Below, one piece after another: positions 45,284 through 55,245 of a stretch of DNA of 64,000 nucleotides. The position numbers were made by a program, and so were the translations under genes. The notes beneath the pieces are model-generated. The model was not told the origin of the DNA and did not search any database. It saw only the letters and a list, made by a program, of their open reading frames with translations. The first letter of the stretch is position 1, and each line of letters begins with the position of its first letter. The stretch comes from Rebecca billardiae RCC1528 (lineage: Eukaryota; Protista; Haptophyta), in contig OZ251251.1 of the NCBI GenBank assembly GCA_965240325.2, positions 62,001 to 126,000 of the forward strand, written 5' to 3'.

Positions 45284-46718
45284 TTAGCGCCGCCCGCCAC
45301 CGCTCGCGGCGGTGTCGCCGCGTCGGCTGGCGGTGTCGCTGCCGCCGAAGCCGAAGCCGCCCTGGTCGCTGTCGGGCGAGCCCGGCGGGCGCGGCTTCCG
45401 CCGGTACCGCCCCATGGACGCGTCCGCGCCCTGCGCGCGCCGCTGCGCGAGCGCCGCGTCGTACTGCGCCTTGGCGGCCGCGGTCTGCGCCAGCGCCGCT
45501 TCCTCGTGGGCGGCGGCGGCGCGGCGCTTCTCCGCCTCGCCCTGCCAGAGGGCAAGCAGGCGCTGCCGCTGCGACTGCATGCTCCGCTCCATCGAGAGCT
45601 CGAGCCCCTCGCGCACCCGGCTGCGCTGCGCGTCCGCGCGCGCCCGGTGCGCCCGCGCCGCCTCGGCGCGCGCCGCCTCCTTCGCCTCGACCGCATACTG
45701 CCCAAACGCGCGCACCTGCGCCGCGCCCTCGGCGTGCCGGCCCTCGAGCGCGCGCCTGCGGAGGCGGGGGGCGAGGGCGGAGCGGTGAGGTCAGCCCGAC
45801 GCCACGGGTGCGCCACGGCGCCCGGTGCGCACGGAAGGAGAGGCGTGTGCGCTCAGGGCTGCCGGAGCGCCGCAGACCGGCCGCCGCGCGCCGACGACGG
45901 CCGCGCGCGCGCTTGGGGGCCCGGGGGGGCGGGGGGGGGCGCGGGGCGGCCTGGGGGGGCGGCCTGGGGGCCCCGGGGGCCTGCGGGGGCGCGGGGCTGC
46001 GCTCCTCACCCCCCTAACCCTAACCCAACCACCCTAACCCTACCCTAACCGCCGGGTGCGCTCCTCACCTCGGGTCTCGGACGGTGGAGCGCCACGCGGC
46101 GATCTGCGCGCGGCGGTGGGCCACCGCCATGTGGTGCGCCTGCCGCGACTGCTGGATGTAGTCGCGGTCCGCCTCGATGCGTTGCCGATGCGCCGGCACG
46201 CCCGCCACCCTGCGACGCGACGCGCGGCGCCGCCGCCCCGGCGCAGCGCACACGCTCAGGTATGAGCGCGCGGGCGCGCGGCGGGCGGGTGGCGTAGCGG
46301 CGGCGCGGGGCGGCGGCGCGCTTCGCGGCGGCGCGCACCTCTCCTGCGCCGCGCGCTCCACCGCGCTGCGCACCGCGCCCTGCCTCGCCTGCCGCACGGG
46401 CGCGAGCCGGCGCTGCCGCTCGACCGTCTGCTCGGCCCACGAGCTGCGGAGGTCGTGGTAGCGCTCGTGCAGCTGGTCGAGCTCGGAGCGGTGCGCGTGG
46501 AGGTACTCGTCCCGCGCGAGCAGGTTCGCCTCCTTCTGCAGGTCGCGCGTCGTCACGATTTCGTCACGGCGCATCTGGTTGAGAAGCCGCTCGCGCTCCT
46601 TCATGTTGGCGACCGCGGCGTTGATTGACGAGCGGGTCTCGTGGTAGAGGGCGGTGACGTCGGAGGAGACGACGGATTCACCGCGGCGCTCGGCCATCGC
46701 CATCGCGCCGCTCGCCAT
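45284..46718 (-). CDS. Three-exon coiled-coil protein of unknown function
   Basis: MASGAMAMAERRG...AAQE / ...HRQRIEADRDY...RDPR / ...VRAFGQYAVEAK...GGGRR*. GT donors at about 46338 and 46068; helical E/R/A/Q-rich composition. Confidence 0.65.
46011..46050. repeat. Interstitial telomere-like tract (CCCTAA)n, degenerate
   Basis: cccctaaccctaacccaaccaccctaaccctaccctaacc, inside an intron. Confidence 0.85.
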
Positions 46719-47148
46719 CCTCGCCGCCGCGCGCAGCGCGCGCCCCGCGGCCTCCGCTGGCAGTGCTGGCGCCCGCCACCGATGCGCGATGGCGTAACGA
46801 GCTGTTTCCGCTCGGCTGCGATTTGCGCGAACTCCGGGAAATCGCCTTTTTCGCGAGGCCTTTCGTGGCCCGGCCCTCTTTTAATTCGGCGCCAGTTGAC
46901 GAAGCGGGCTGGGAATCGTCGCCGAGCGGCCCAATCCGGGAGCGCTCCGGAGCCGGTTCGCGCCGCGAGGGGCTTCGGCACAAAAGGCGCCGCAGATTCC
47001 CGCCGGACAGATCTCCCAAGGCGCGCCTCGCGGATATTGGCGGGATATGACGGAATGTGCCGCAGATGCCTCCGCGGCTCCCCTCTGCGGCAGCCAGGAC
47101 CGACACGCAGCAGCGCTAATTTGCGTCGTCGGCCCTCAAGCGCTTGAG

Positions 47149-47448
47149 GTGAGTGCGCGCTGTGGCGCCACGCGCCCTCGTCCCCGCCGCGCGGCGCGCG
47201 CGGGCGGGCGCGGGCGGCGGGCGCGGCGCGCGGCTTGGCGTGGGTTGGACGCACGTGCCGCCGCGCGTGCGCTCCGGCCGCCTGCCGCCCGCTCGTCGCC
47301 GCGCCGCCGCGCCGCCGCGCGCGGCGCTACGGCGCGCCGCCGGCGGCGGCGCCGCGCGATCGCTCGCCGGGAATCTTGCGCGCGCGGCGGCTGACGCGGC
47401 GTGTCCCCGCGCCCCGCGGCGTGCGCGTGCGCCGCACCGTCCCGGCAG
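47149..47448 (+). other. Probable 5'-UTR intron of petC
   Basis: GAG|GTGAGT donor, gctgac branch site at about 47390, cggcag acceptor 15 nt before the ATG. Confidence 0.55.
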
Positions 47449-47463
47449 ACCGCTCCGCTCGCC

Positions 47464-48577
47464 ATGTTCCGCTCGCTCGTCGCACTCAGCGCCCTCGCCG
47501 CCGTGAGCGGTTACAGCGTCGCGTCGGGGCCGCGCGCTCCGGTCGCGCGCCGCTCGGCGCTGGCGGCGAAGCCGGCGGGTGTGGCGATGGCGGCGGCGGA
47601 CGACTTCGTGCCGGACATGGAGCGCCGCGTGATCATGAACGCGCTCCTCGTCGGCGCCACCGCCGTCCCCGGCCTCTGGCTCGCCGGCGGGTACGCCTAC
47701 TTTTTCCTGCCGCCGGGCGGCGCGGGCTCGGGCGGTGGCCAGGTGGCGCGCGACGCGCTCGGCGACGAGGTGACGGTTGAGAAGTGGCTGGCGACGCACG
47801 CGGCGGGCGAGCGCAAGCTCGTCGAGGGCCTGAAGGGCGACGCCACCTACCTCATCGTCACGCCGGAGAAGAAGATTGAGGTGCGGCCCGCGCGACACAC
47901 GCGACACACGCGCGACACGCGCGCCGGGCGCTTTGGCCGCGCGGGCGGCCGCGCGGGCGGCCGGCTGCCCTCGGCTGCCCTCTGGCCTCTGCTGGGCTGG
48001 TGCCTGCGCTGCCTGCCGGCGTGCCGCGGCGGCTCCGTGGGCTCGGCTATCAGGCCGGTGGGACCGATTGGCCGGCTGCGGGGGCTGTCCGGGCGGGCGC
48101 CCGCCCTGGGACTGCTCCGCCTCTCGGGCGGCAGCGCCGCATGGACGGCAGGCAGCGCAGCGCAGCGCAGCGCGCAGGCAGCACCCACCCCTGTGACTGT
48201 GACTGTCTGGGGGCGCGTCTGGCCTGCATCGCGCGCGCCTGGCCTGCCCGGTGGTGGTGGCAGCCCGCCCACGCCCGCGCACCCGCTCACCGCCCCCTTC
48301 CCGCGCGTCCCCTCCGCCGCGCCCTCCCGCCGCGCAGAGCTACGCCCTCAACGCCGTCTGCACGCACCTCGGCTGCGTCGTCCCCTGGAACTCCAACGCG
48401 CAGAAGTTCATCTGCCCGTGCCACGGCTCGCAGTACGACTCGACGGGGAAGGTGGTGCGCGGGCCGGCGCCGCTGTCGCTGGCGCTGGCGCACGTGAACC
48501 AGGACTCGGGCAAGGTGGTGCTCTCGACGTGGACGGAGGAGGACTTCCGCACCGGCCTGCAGCCGTGGTGGAAGTAA
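47464..48577 (+). CDS. petC: Cytochrome b6f Rieske Fe-S protein precursor (218 aa; exons 47464-47880 and 48338-48577)
   Basis: [26 protein letters not shown], Rieske boxes CTHLGC and [29 protein letters not shown]. Phase-0 GT-AG intron; N-terminal signal peptide followed by a transit-like peptide. Confidence 0.97.
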
Positions 48578-48910
48578 GCGCGCGGCCGGCGCCTCGGCCG
48601 CGCCGGCGGGCTGAGCCGGATCGACGCTGTGCGCAGCGAGCCGGCCGCCCGCCGCCGCGGGCACCACAACTGTCAGCCGCACCGCCTGCCACGTGGTGCA
48701 GGAGGTGCGGCACGCGCTGCGCGCCGGCCGTCGCCCCCGCGGCGGCTGGGCTCCGGCAGCGCGGGCCATGCGCATGTCGGATTATAGCTGCTATTTACGT
48801 CTTCACCATCACTGCGACTGAGCCTGTGCATACAAACCGTAATCAGAGCCACCGTTTAAAAGCGCATCGCCGAATTGAATGCAAGGGTGGGCGTGGGCAC
48901 CATCGGCAGC

Positions 48911-50320
48911 ATGGCGCCGACGACGCGCGCCCGCACTCAGGTGCGCTCGGCAGCGGCGGCCGTCCGGCTGGCCGACGTGCCACCCGAGCTGATCGCGCGC
49001 ATCATCGTTCACCTCGATGACGTGCGCGACCTCGCCGCCGCCAACGCCGCCGCGCGCCTCTTCCGAGGCGCGCCGCTCGAGCATGCGCTGCGCGAGCGCG
49101 CGCGCGCGCGCGGGCACGAGGCCGCGCTGCCGGCAGCCCTGCCCGCGGGCGTGTCCACGTGGGCGGAGGAGCTGTTTGCGCGCGAGCGCGTGTTCGAGCT
49201 CGTTCGCGCGCACACGAACGCCGTCTCTGCCAGCCAATGTTCCGCCTTTGTCACCGCGGACGGCCGCGTGCTCACGTGCGGCGCGCCGCTGCGCCATCCC
49301 GAGCTCAGCATGGGTACGGACGTGCTCGTGCCGACGCGCGTGAGCTCGCTGGGGGTGGTACGCGTGCGCGCCGTGGCAGCCGGTGGTAGGTACCTGCTCG
49401 CGCTGAGCGAGGCGGGTGCCGTGTACGCGTGTGGCCGCAACGGCTACGGCCAGCTGGGCGTGGGCGACAAGGCTGAGCGACGGGCGTTCGTTCAGGTGGC
49501 GGCGCTGGGCGCACAGCTCGTCGTCGGCATCAGCGCGGGTGATCGCCATAGCCTCGTGCTGGCGGCTGCGGGTGCGGCGTACAGCTGGGGCGACAACCGC
49601 TTAGGCCAGCTCGGCCACGGCGACACTGAGCGCCGGCTGCAGCCGACGCGCATCGAGGCGCTGGACGGCGTGCGCGTGGGCGGCATGGCTGTGGGCGGCT
49701 GGCACACGCTGCTGCTCTCGGCGTGCGGCGCCGTGTACTCGTGCGGTGACGGCTTGTACGGCCGCCTTGGCCACGGCGACTGGCAGGCGCAGCACACGCC
49801 ACTGCGCATTGAGGCGCTGGACGGCATGCGCGCCGTGCACGTGAGCGCGGGCAACGAGCACAGCCTGGTGATGGACGCAGCGGGCGGCGTGCACTCCTTC
49901 GGGTACGGTGGCCGTGGCGCGCTCGGCCACGGTGACGTGGCCAATCGCTTGGTTCCTACGCGCATCGAAGCACTGGGCGGCATGCGTGCAGTGCGCGCCA
50001 GCGCGGGCTGTCACAGCAGCGCGGTGGTGTGCGCGGACGGCAGCGTGCACGCGTTTGGGAGCAACAGAAGTGGCCATCTGGGGCTGGGGGACACAGTGGA
50101 TCGCATGCTGCCCACGCGGGTGGCGAGCCTCGCGCATGCCCGCGTGCTCGACTGCTCACTGGGTCAAGCCTACGCCCTCTGTGTCACAGCGGTTGGCTGC
50201 GTGCACGCGTGCGGCCGACATTCGGGCGCGTTTGGCCTGGGCGTGGGCATCGATGGCGGAGAGCAGCCGACGCCGCAGCACGTGGCACAGCTGCCGCCCC
50301 TGCGCTGTGGGCTGCGCTGA
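48911..50320 (+). CDS. F-box-like + 7x RCC1-repeat protein, copy 8 (469 aa)
   Basis: Same architecture with a shorter blade-1 loop; first gene of the right array. Confidence 0.9.
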   Translation: MAPTTRARTQVRSAAAAVRLADVPPELIARIIVHLDDVRDLAAANAAARLFRGAPLEHALRERARARGHEAALPAALPAGVSTWAEELFARERVFELVRAHTNAVSASQCSAFVTADGRVLTCGAPLRHPELSMGTDVLVPTRVSSLGVVRVRAVAAGGRYLLALSEAGAVYACGRNGYGQLGVGDKAERRAFVQVAALGAQLVVGISAGDRHSLVLAAAGAAYSWGDNRLGQLGHGDTERRLQPTRIEALDGVRVGGMAVGGWHTLLLSACGAVYSCGDGLYGRLGHGDWQAQHTPLRIEALDGMRAVHVSAGNEHSLVMDAAGGVHSFGYGGRGALGHGDVANRLVPTRIEALGGMRAVRASAGCHSSAVVCADGSVHAFGSNRSGHLGLGDTVDRMLPTRVASLAHARVLDCSLGQAYALCVTAVGCVHACGRHSGAFGLGVGIDGGEQPTPQHVAQLPPLRCGLR

Positions 50321-51391
50321 GCGACCGGCCCGTGGCGGGCGCGGTGCCCACGCGCAGTCTTGCGAGTGCGGCGTGTGCGAGTGCTCGCCGCTGCTCTCTT
50401 CGGACATGGTCAGTGAGGCGTCGCAGCCATGCGCCAGCGACTGAGCAGGCAGCTGCCATCAGCCCGTGCCACACGGGCCGCGCATGCAGCCAGCTTGTGG
50501 CCGCACCGACGGCGGTGCTGCGGAGCAGCCGCTCGAGCTCGCGCTGCGCGTGGGCCGCGTGGCGCGCCAGGCGCCGGCGGATCTGGCGAGGGCATTTCAT
50601 AGGGAGGCGGCACTCATATCAGTCGTCATATCGTCCGGATCGATCGCGCGCGACGAGAGTAGTGAGATGGAGATATGATGCGCATCATCATATTGCCAGC
50701 ATTGATGAGCACCAGCTGCGCGCGTGGGTTCCGCGCGCACACCGCCGCCGTGCTGTCGCACCTGCTATGCGAAAATTGAAATGTTCCGCGCTGTCCAACG
50801 GCAAAGCGCGGCGGATGGCGGCTTCGCCGCCGCATGGGCGCGCGAGTCGCCATTGCCAGCAGAAGACGTGCGTCACAGGCAAGGAAGCGGGCAGATGGCG
50901 CGTCGCACGCGTCGTGGAAGTCGGTCGCGACGCTCGCCAGCCTCAGCGCGCGCGGCGAAGCCACGTCCATGGGCGCCCAGCGTGCAGGCGGCACGGCCAC
51001 GCCGCTCGGCCGCGGCGACCGGCCTCGCACGCGTTCTTGCGGCGCGAAAGAGCATCCCAGCTGCGGTAATTTGCCTTGTGCGTCGGGAGACGTGTGCCAG
51101 CTAGCCAATGCGCACGCGCCGCGAGCTGCACGGCGTGCGCACACGTCGCCCGCCGCGCGGCCGGTCGTGCGCCGAAAGCGGCACAGCGAGAGAGGGCCCC
51201 GATCCGAGTGTAGGATGGCCCGCCGCGCGGCCGGGCGTGGCGGCGTGCGCCGAAAGCGGCACAGCGAGAGAGGGCCCCGCCGATCCGAGTGTAGGCGCCA
51301 GCGCCAGGGCCCTCCACAAGTCCAAGGATCCTGGGTCTTGGGTCCTTCGCGTTTGTCCAGCTGGCGCAACGCCCCTGTGTCGTCCTACCTC

Positions 51392-52816
51392 ATGGCACCG
51401 ACGACGCGCGCGCCTACCCAGGCGCGCCCAGCAGCGGCGACCGTCCGGCTGACCGACGTGCCGCCCGAGCTGATCGCGCGCATTCTCGCCCACCTCGATG
51501 ACGTGCGCGACCTCGCCGCCGCCAACGCCGCCGCTCGCCTCTTCCGCGGCGCGCCGCTCGAGCACGCGCTGCGCGAGCGCGCGCGCGCGCGCGGGCACGA
51601 GGCCGGGCTGCCGGCGGCCCTGCCCGCGGGCGTGTCCACGTGGGCGGAGGAGCTCTTCGCGCGTGAGCGCATACTGAAGCTCGCGCACGCGCACGCGCAC
51701 GTCGCGTCCGCCAGCCCACACCCCTTGAAGAGATTGTCCGCCTTTGTGGACGGTGCCGGCGGCGTGCACACGTGCGGCGCGCGGCTGGGCCATCCCGAGC
51801 GCCGCGTGGAGACGTACGTGCGCGTGCCTACGCGCGTGAGCTCGCTGGCGGCGGTGCGCGTGCGAGCAGTGGCTGCCGGCAGCTTCCACCTGCTCGCGCT
51901 GAGCGAGGCGGGCGCCGTGTACGCGTGCGGGGGCAACGGCTTCGGCCAGCTGGGCGTGGGCGACAAGGCTGAGCGACGGGCGTTCGTGCAGGTGGCGGCG
52001 CTGGGCGCGGAGTTCGTCGTCGGCATAAGCGCTGGCAACGACCACAGCCTCGCGCTCACGGCTGGTGGCGTGGCGTACAGCTGGGGCCACAACAGCCAAG
52101 GCCAGCTCGGCCACGGCGACACGGAGCACCGGCTGCAGCCGACGTGCATCGAGGCGCTGGACGGCGTGCGCGTGGGCGGCGTGGCCACGGGCGGCGACCA
52201 CACGCTGCTCCTCTCGGCGTGCGGCGCCGTGTACTCGTGCGGGGCTGCCATTGGTGGTCGACTTGGCCACGGTGACGAGCAGCGGCAGCGCACGCCGACG
52301 CGCATCGAGGCGCTCGCGGGCGTGCGCGCCGTGCACGTGAGCGCGGGCTCAGGGCACAGCCTGGTGGTGGACGCGGCGGGCGGCGTGCACTCCTTCGGAT
52401 ACAATTATTGTGGTGCGCTCGGCCACGGTGACGATGTGCATGGCTTGGTGCCCACGCGCATCGAGGCACTGGGCGGCATGCGTGTCGTGCGCGCCAGCGC
52501 GGGCGTTTGCAACAGCGCGGTGGTGTGCGCGGACGGCAGCGTGCACGCGTTTGGGAGCAACCACTGTAACCTTCTGGGGCTGGGGGACCGAATGGATCGC
52601 GCGCTGCCCGAGCGGGTGGAGGGCCTCGCGCATGCGCGCGTGGTCGACTGCTCGCTTGGCCACGTGCACACCCTCTACGTCACAGCGGACGGCGGCGTGC
52701 ACGTGTGCGGCGAGCGTTCGGCCGCGCTCGGCCTGGGCGTGGACAGCGATGGCGGAGAGCAGCCGACGCTTCAGCGCGTGGTGCAGCTGCCGCCCCTGCG
52801 CTGTGGGCTGCGCTGA
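51392..52816 (+). CDS. F-box-like + 7x RCC1-repeat protein, copy 9 (474 aa)
   Basis: MAPTTR start within ORF 50834..52816. Confidence 0.9.
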   Translation: MAPTTRAPTQARPAAATVRLTDVPPELIARILAHLDDVRDLAAANAAARLFRGAPLEHALRERARARGHEAGLPAALPAGVSTWAEELFARERILKLAHAHAHVASASPHPLKRLSAFVDGAGGVHTCGARLGHPERRVETYVRVPTRVSSLAAVRVRAVAAGSFHLLALSEAGAVYACGGNGFGQLGVGDKAERRAFVQVAALGAEFVVGISAGNDHSLALTAGGVAYSWGHNSQGQLGHGDTEHRLQPTCIEALDGVRVGGVATGGDHTLLLSACGAVYSCGAAIGGRLGHGDEQRQRTPTRIEALAGVRAVHVSAGSGHSLVVDAAGGVHSFGYNYCGALGHGDDVHGLVPTRIEALGGMRVVRASAGVCNSAVVCADGSVHAFGSNHCNLLGLGDRMDRALPERVEGLAHARVVDCSLGHVHTLYVTADGGVHVCGERSAALGLGVDSDGGEQPTLQRVVQLPPLRCGLR

Positions 52817-53343
52817 GCGGCCGGCTCGTGGTGGGTGCGGTGCTCATCTGCAGCCTTGTGAGTGCGGCGTGCACACGGGCCGCGCATGCAGCCTCGCGTG
52901 CCAGCACTGCGGTGCTGAGCAGCCCGGCGCTCGAGCTCGCGCTGCGCGTGCGTGGCGTGGTGATGCGCCGGCGATCGAATGGCCCAATCCGAAGGCGCGA
53001 TGGCATTGTATGGATAGGGGGGCGGCACTCATCATCGAGAGTGAGACGATTGAGCATCTGATGGATGGATGCGCACAGTGCCATTGAGCAGCAGCTGCGC
53101 GCGTGGGTTCCGCGCGCACACCGTGCTGACGCACTAGCTATCTGTCGTGCATTCTACAAGTACGGGAATACGACTGTACACGTTGTACACTGAGGTCGTT
53201 CAGATACTGATGTGTCTGTAAGGCAGTCGTAAGCTAGTACTGTATGCCGACTGTATGGGGGTAATGTCGTCCTCCCAGTCGGCTGAGTTCGGGAAGTAGG
53301 CCAACCGTCGTCGTCGAGCGACTCGGCCCGGCGTGGGCAACAG

Positions 53344-54771
53344 ATGGCACCGACGACGCGCGCGCCTACCCAAGCGTGCTCAGCCGCGGCGACCGTGCGG
53401 CTGACCGACGTGCCGCCCGAGCTGATCGCGCGCATCCTCGCCCACCTCGACGACGTGCGTGACCTCGCCGCCGCCAACGCCGCCGCGCGCCTCTTCCGCG
53501 GCGCGCCGCTCGAGCACGCGCTGCGCGAGCGCGCGCGCGCGCGCGGGCACGAGGCCGCGCTGCCGGCGGCTCTGCCCGCGGGCGTGTCCACGTGGGCGGA
53601 GGAGCTGTTCGCGCGCGAGCGCATAACGGAGCTCGCGCACACGCACGCGCACGTCGCGTCCGCCAGCTCAAACGTCTTCATGAGAGTTTCCGCCTTTGTC
53701 GACGGTGCCGGCGGCGTGCACACATGCGGCACACCGCTCGGCCTGTCCGAGCTCAGCATGGAGACGCCCGTGCTCGTGCCGACGCGCGTGAGCTCGCTGG
53801 TCTCGGTGCGCGTGCGGGCCGTTGCTGCGGGCGGGATCCACCTGCTCGCGCTGAGCGAGGCGGGCGCCGTGTACGCGTGCGGCGACAACGGCTGCGGCCA
53901 GCTGGGCGTGGGCGACAAGGCTGAGCGACGGGCGTTCGTGCAGGTGGCGGCGCTGGGTCCGGAGCTCGTCGTCAGCATCGCTGCTGGCTTTCGCGATAGC
54001 CTCGCGCTGACGGCTTTCGGTGCGACGTACAGCTGGGGCGGCAACGGCTGTGGCCAGCTCGGCCACGGCGACACGAAGCACCGGCTGGAGCCGACGCGCA
54101 TCGAGGCGCTGGACGGCGTGCGCGTGGGCGGCGTGGCCACGGGCCGCGACCACACGCTGCTCCTCTCGGCGTGCGGCGCCGTGTACTCGTGCGGCAATGC
54201 CAATGCTGGTCGGCTTGGTCACGGCGACGGGCAGGAGCAGCGCACGCCGCGGCGCATCGAGGCGCTCGCTGGCATGCGCATTGTGCACGTGAGCGCTGGT
54301 ACGGCGCACAGCCTGGTGGTGGACACAGCGGGCGGCGTGCACTCCTTCGGGGGCGGTCACGGTGGCGCGCTCGGCCATGGTGACGAGGCCAATCGCTTGG
54401 TGCCCACGCGCATCGAAGCACTGGACGGCATGCGTGTCGTGCGCGCCAGCGCTGGCTATCTCTCCAGCGCGGTGGTGTGCGCTGACGGCAGCGTGCTCAC
54501 GTTTGGGTACAACGGTTACGGCCAGCTGGGGCGTGGGGACACAGTGGATCGCACGCTGCTGCCCGAGCGGGTGGAGGGCCTCGCGCATGCGCGCGTGCTC
54601 GACTGCTCGCTTGGCCTCTCCCACGCCCTCTACGTCACAGCGGACGGCGGCGTGCACGCGTGTGGCTTACATTCGGGCGCGCTCGGCCTGGGCGTGGGCG
54701 ACGATGGCGGAGAGCAGCCAACGCCGCAGCGCGTGGTGCAGCTGCCGCCCCTGCGCTGTGGGCTGCGCTGA
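53344..54771 (+). CDS. F-box-like + 7x RCC1-repeat protein, copy 10 (475 aa)
   Basis: Same architecture. Confidence 0.9.
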   Translation: MAPTTRAPTQACSAAATVRLTDVPPELIARILAHLDDVRDLAAANAAARLFRGAPLEHALRERARARGHEAALPAALPAGVSTWAEELFARERITELAHTHAHVASASSNVFMRVSAFVDGAGGVHTCGTPLGLSELSMETPVLVPTRVSSLVSVRVRAVAAGGIHLLALSEAGAVYACGDNGCGQLGVGDKAERRAFVQVAALGPELVVSIAAGFRDSLALTAFGATYSWGGNGCGQLGHGDTKHRLEPTRIEALDGVRVGGVATGRDHTLLLSACGAVYSCGNANAGRLGHGDGQEQRTPRRIEALAGMRIVHVSAGTAHSLVVDTAGGVHSFGGGHGGALGHGDEANRLVPTRIEALDGMRVVRASAGYLSSAVVCADGSVLTFGYNGYGQLGRGDTVDRTLLPERVEGLAHARVLDCSLGLSHALYVTADGGVHACGLHSGALGLGVGDDGGEQPTPQRVVQLPPLRCGLR

Positions 54772-55245
54772 GCGACCGGCCCCGTGGCGGGTGCGGTGCT
54801 CATTTGCAGCCTTGTGAGTGCGGCGTGCACACGGGCCGCGCATGCAGCCTCGCGTGCCAGCACTGCGGTGCTGAGCAGCCCGGCGCTCGAGCTCGCGCTG
54901 CGCGTGCGTGGCGTGGTGATGCGCCGGCGATCGAATGGCCCAATCCGAAGGCGCGATGGCATTGTAGGCGGGGGGCGGCACTCGTCGTCGAGAGTGAGAC
55001 GATTGAGCATCTGATGGATGGATGCGCACAGTGCTATTGAGCAGCAGCTGCGCGCGTGGGTTCCGCGCGCACACCGTGCTGACGCACTATAGACTCTATC
55101 TGTCGTACATTCTACAATAATAAGTATACGGCACTACGACTGTACACGTTCAGATACAGTACGGCGGATGAGTCTGTGTCCTCCCAGTCGCCTAGTTCGG
55201 GAAGTCGGCCAACCGTCGTCGTGTCGGCCGGCGTGGGCAACAAGC

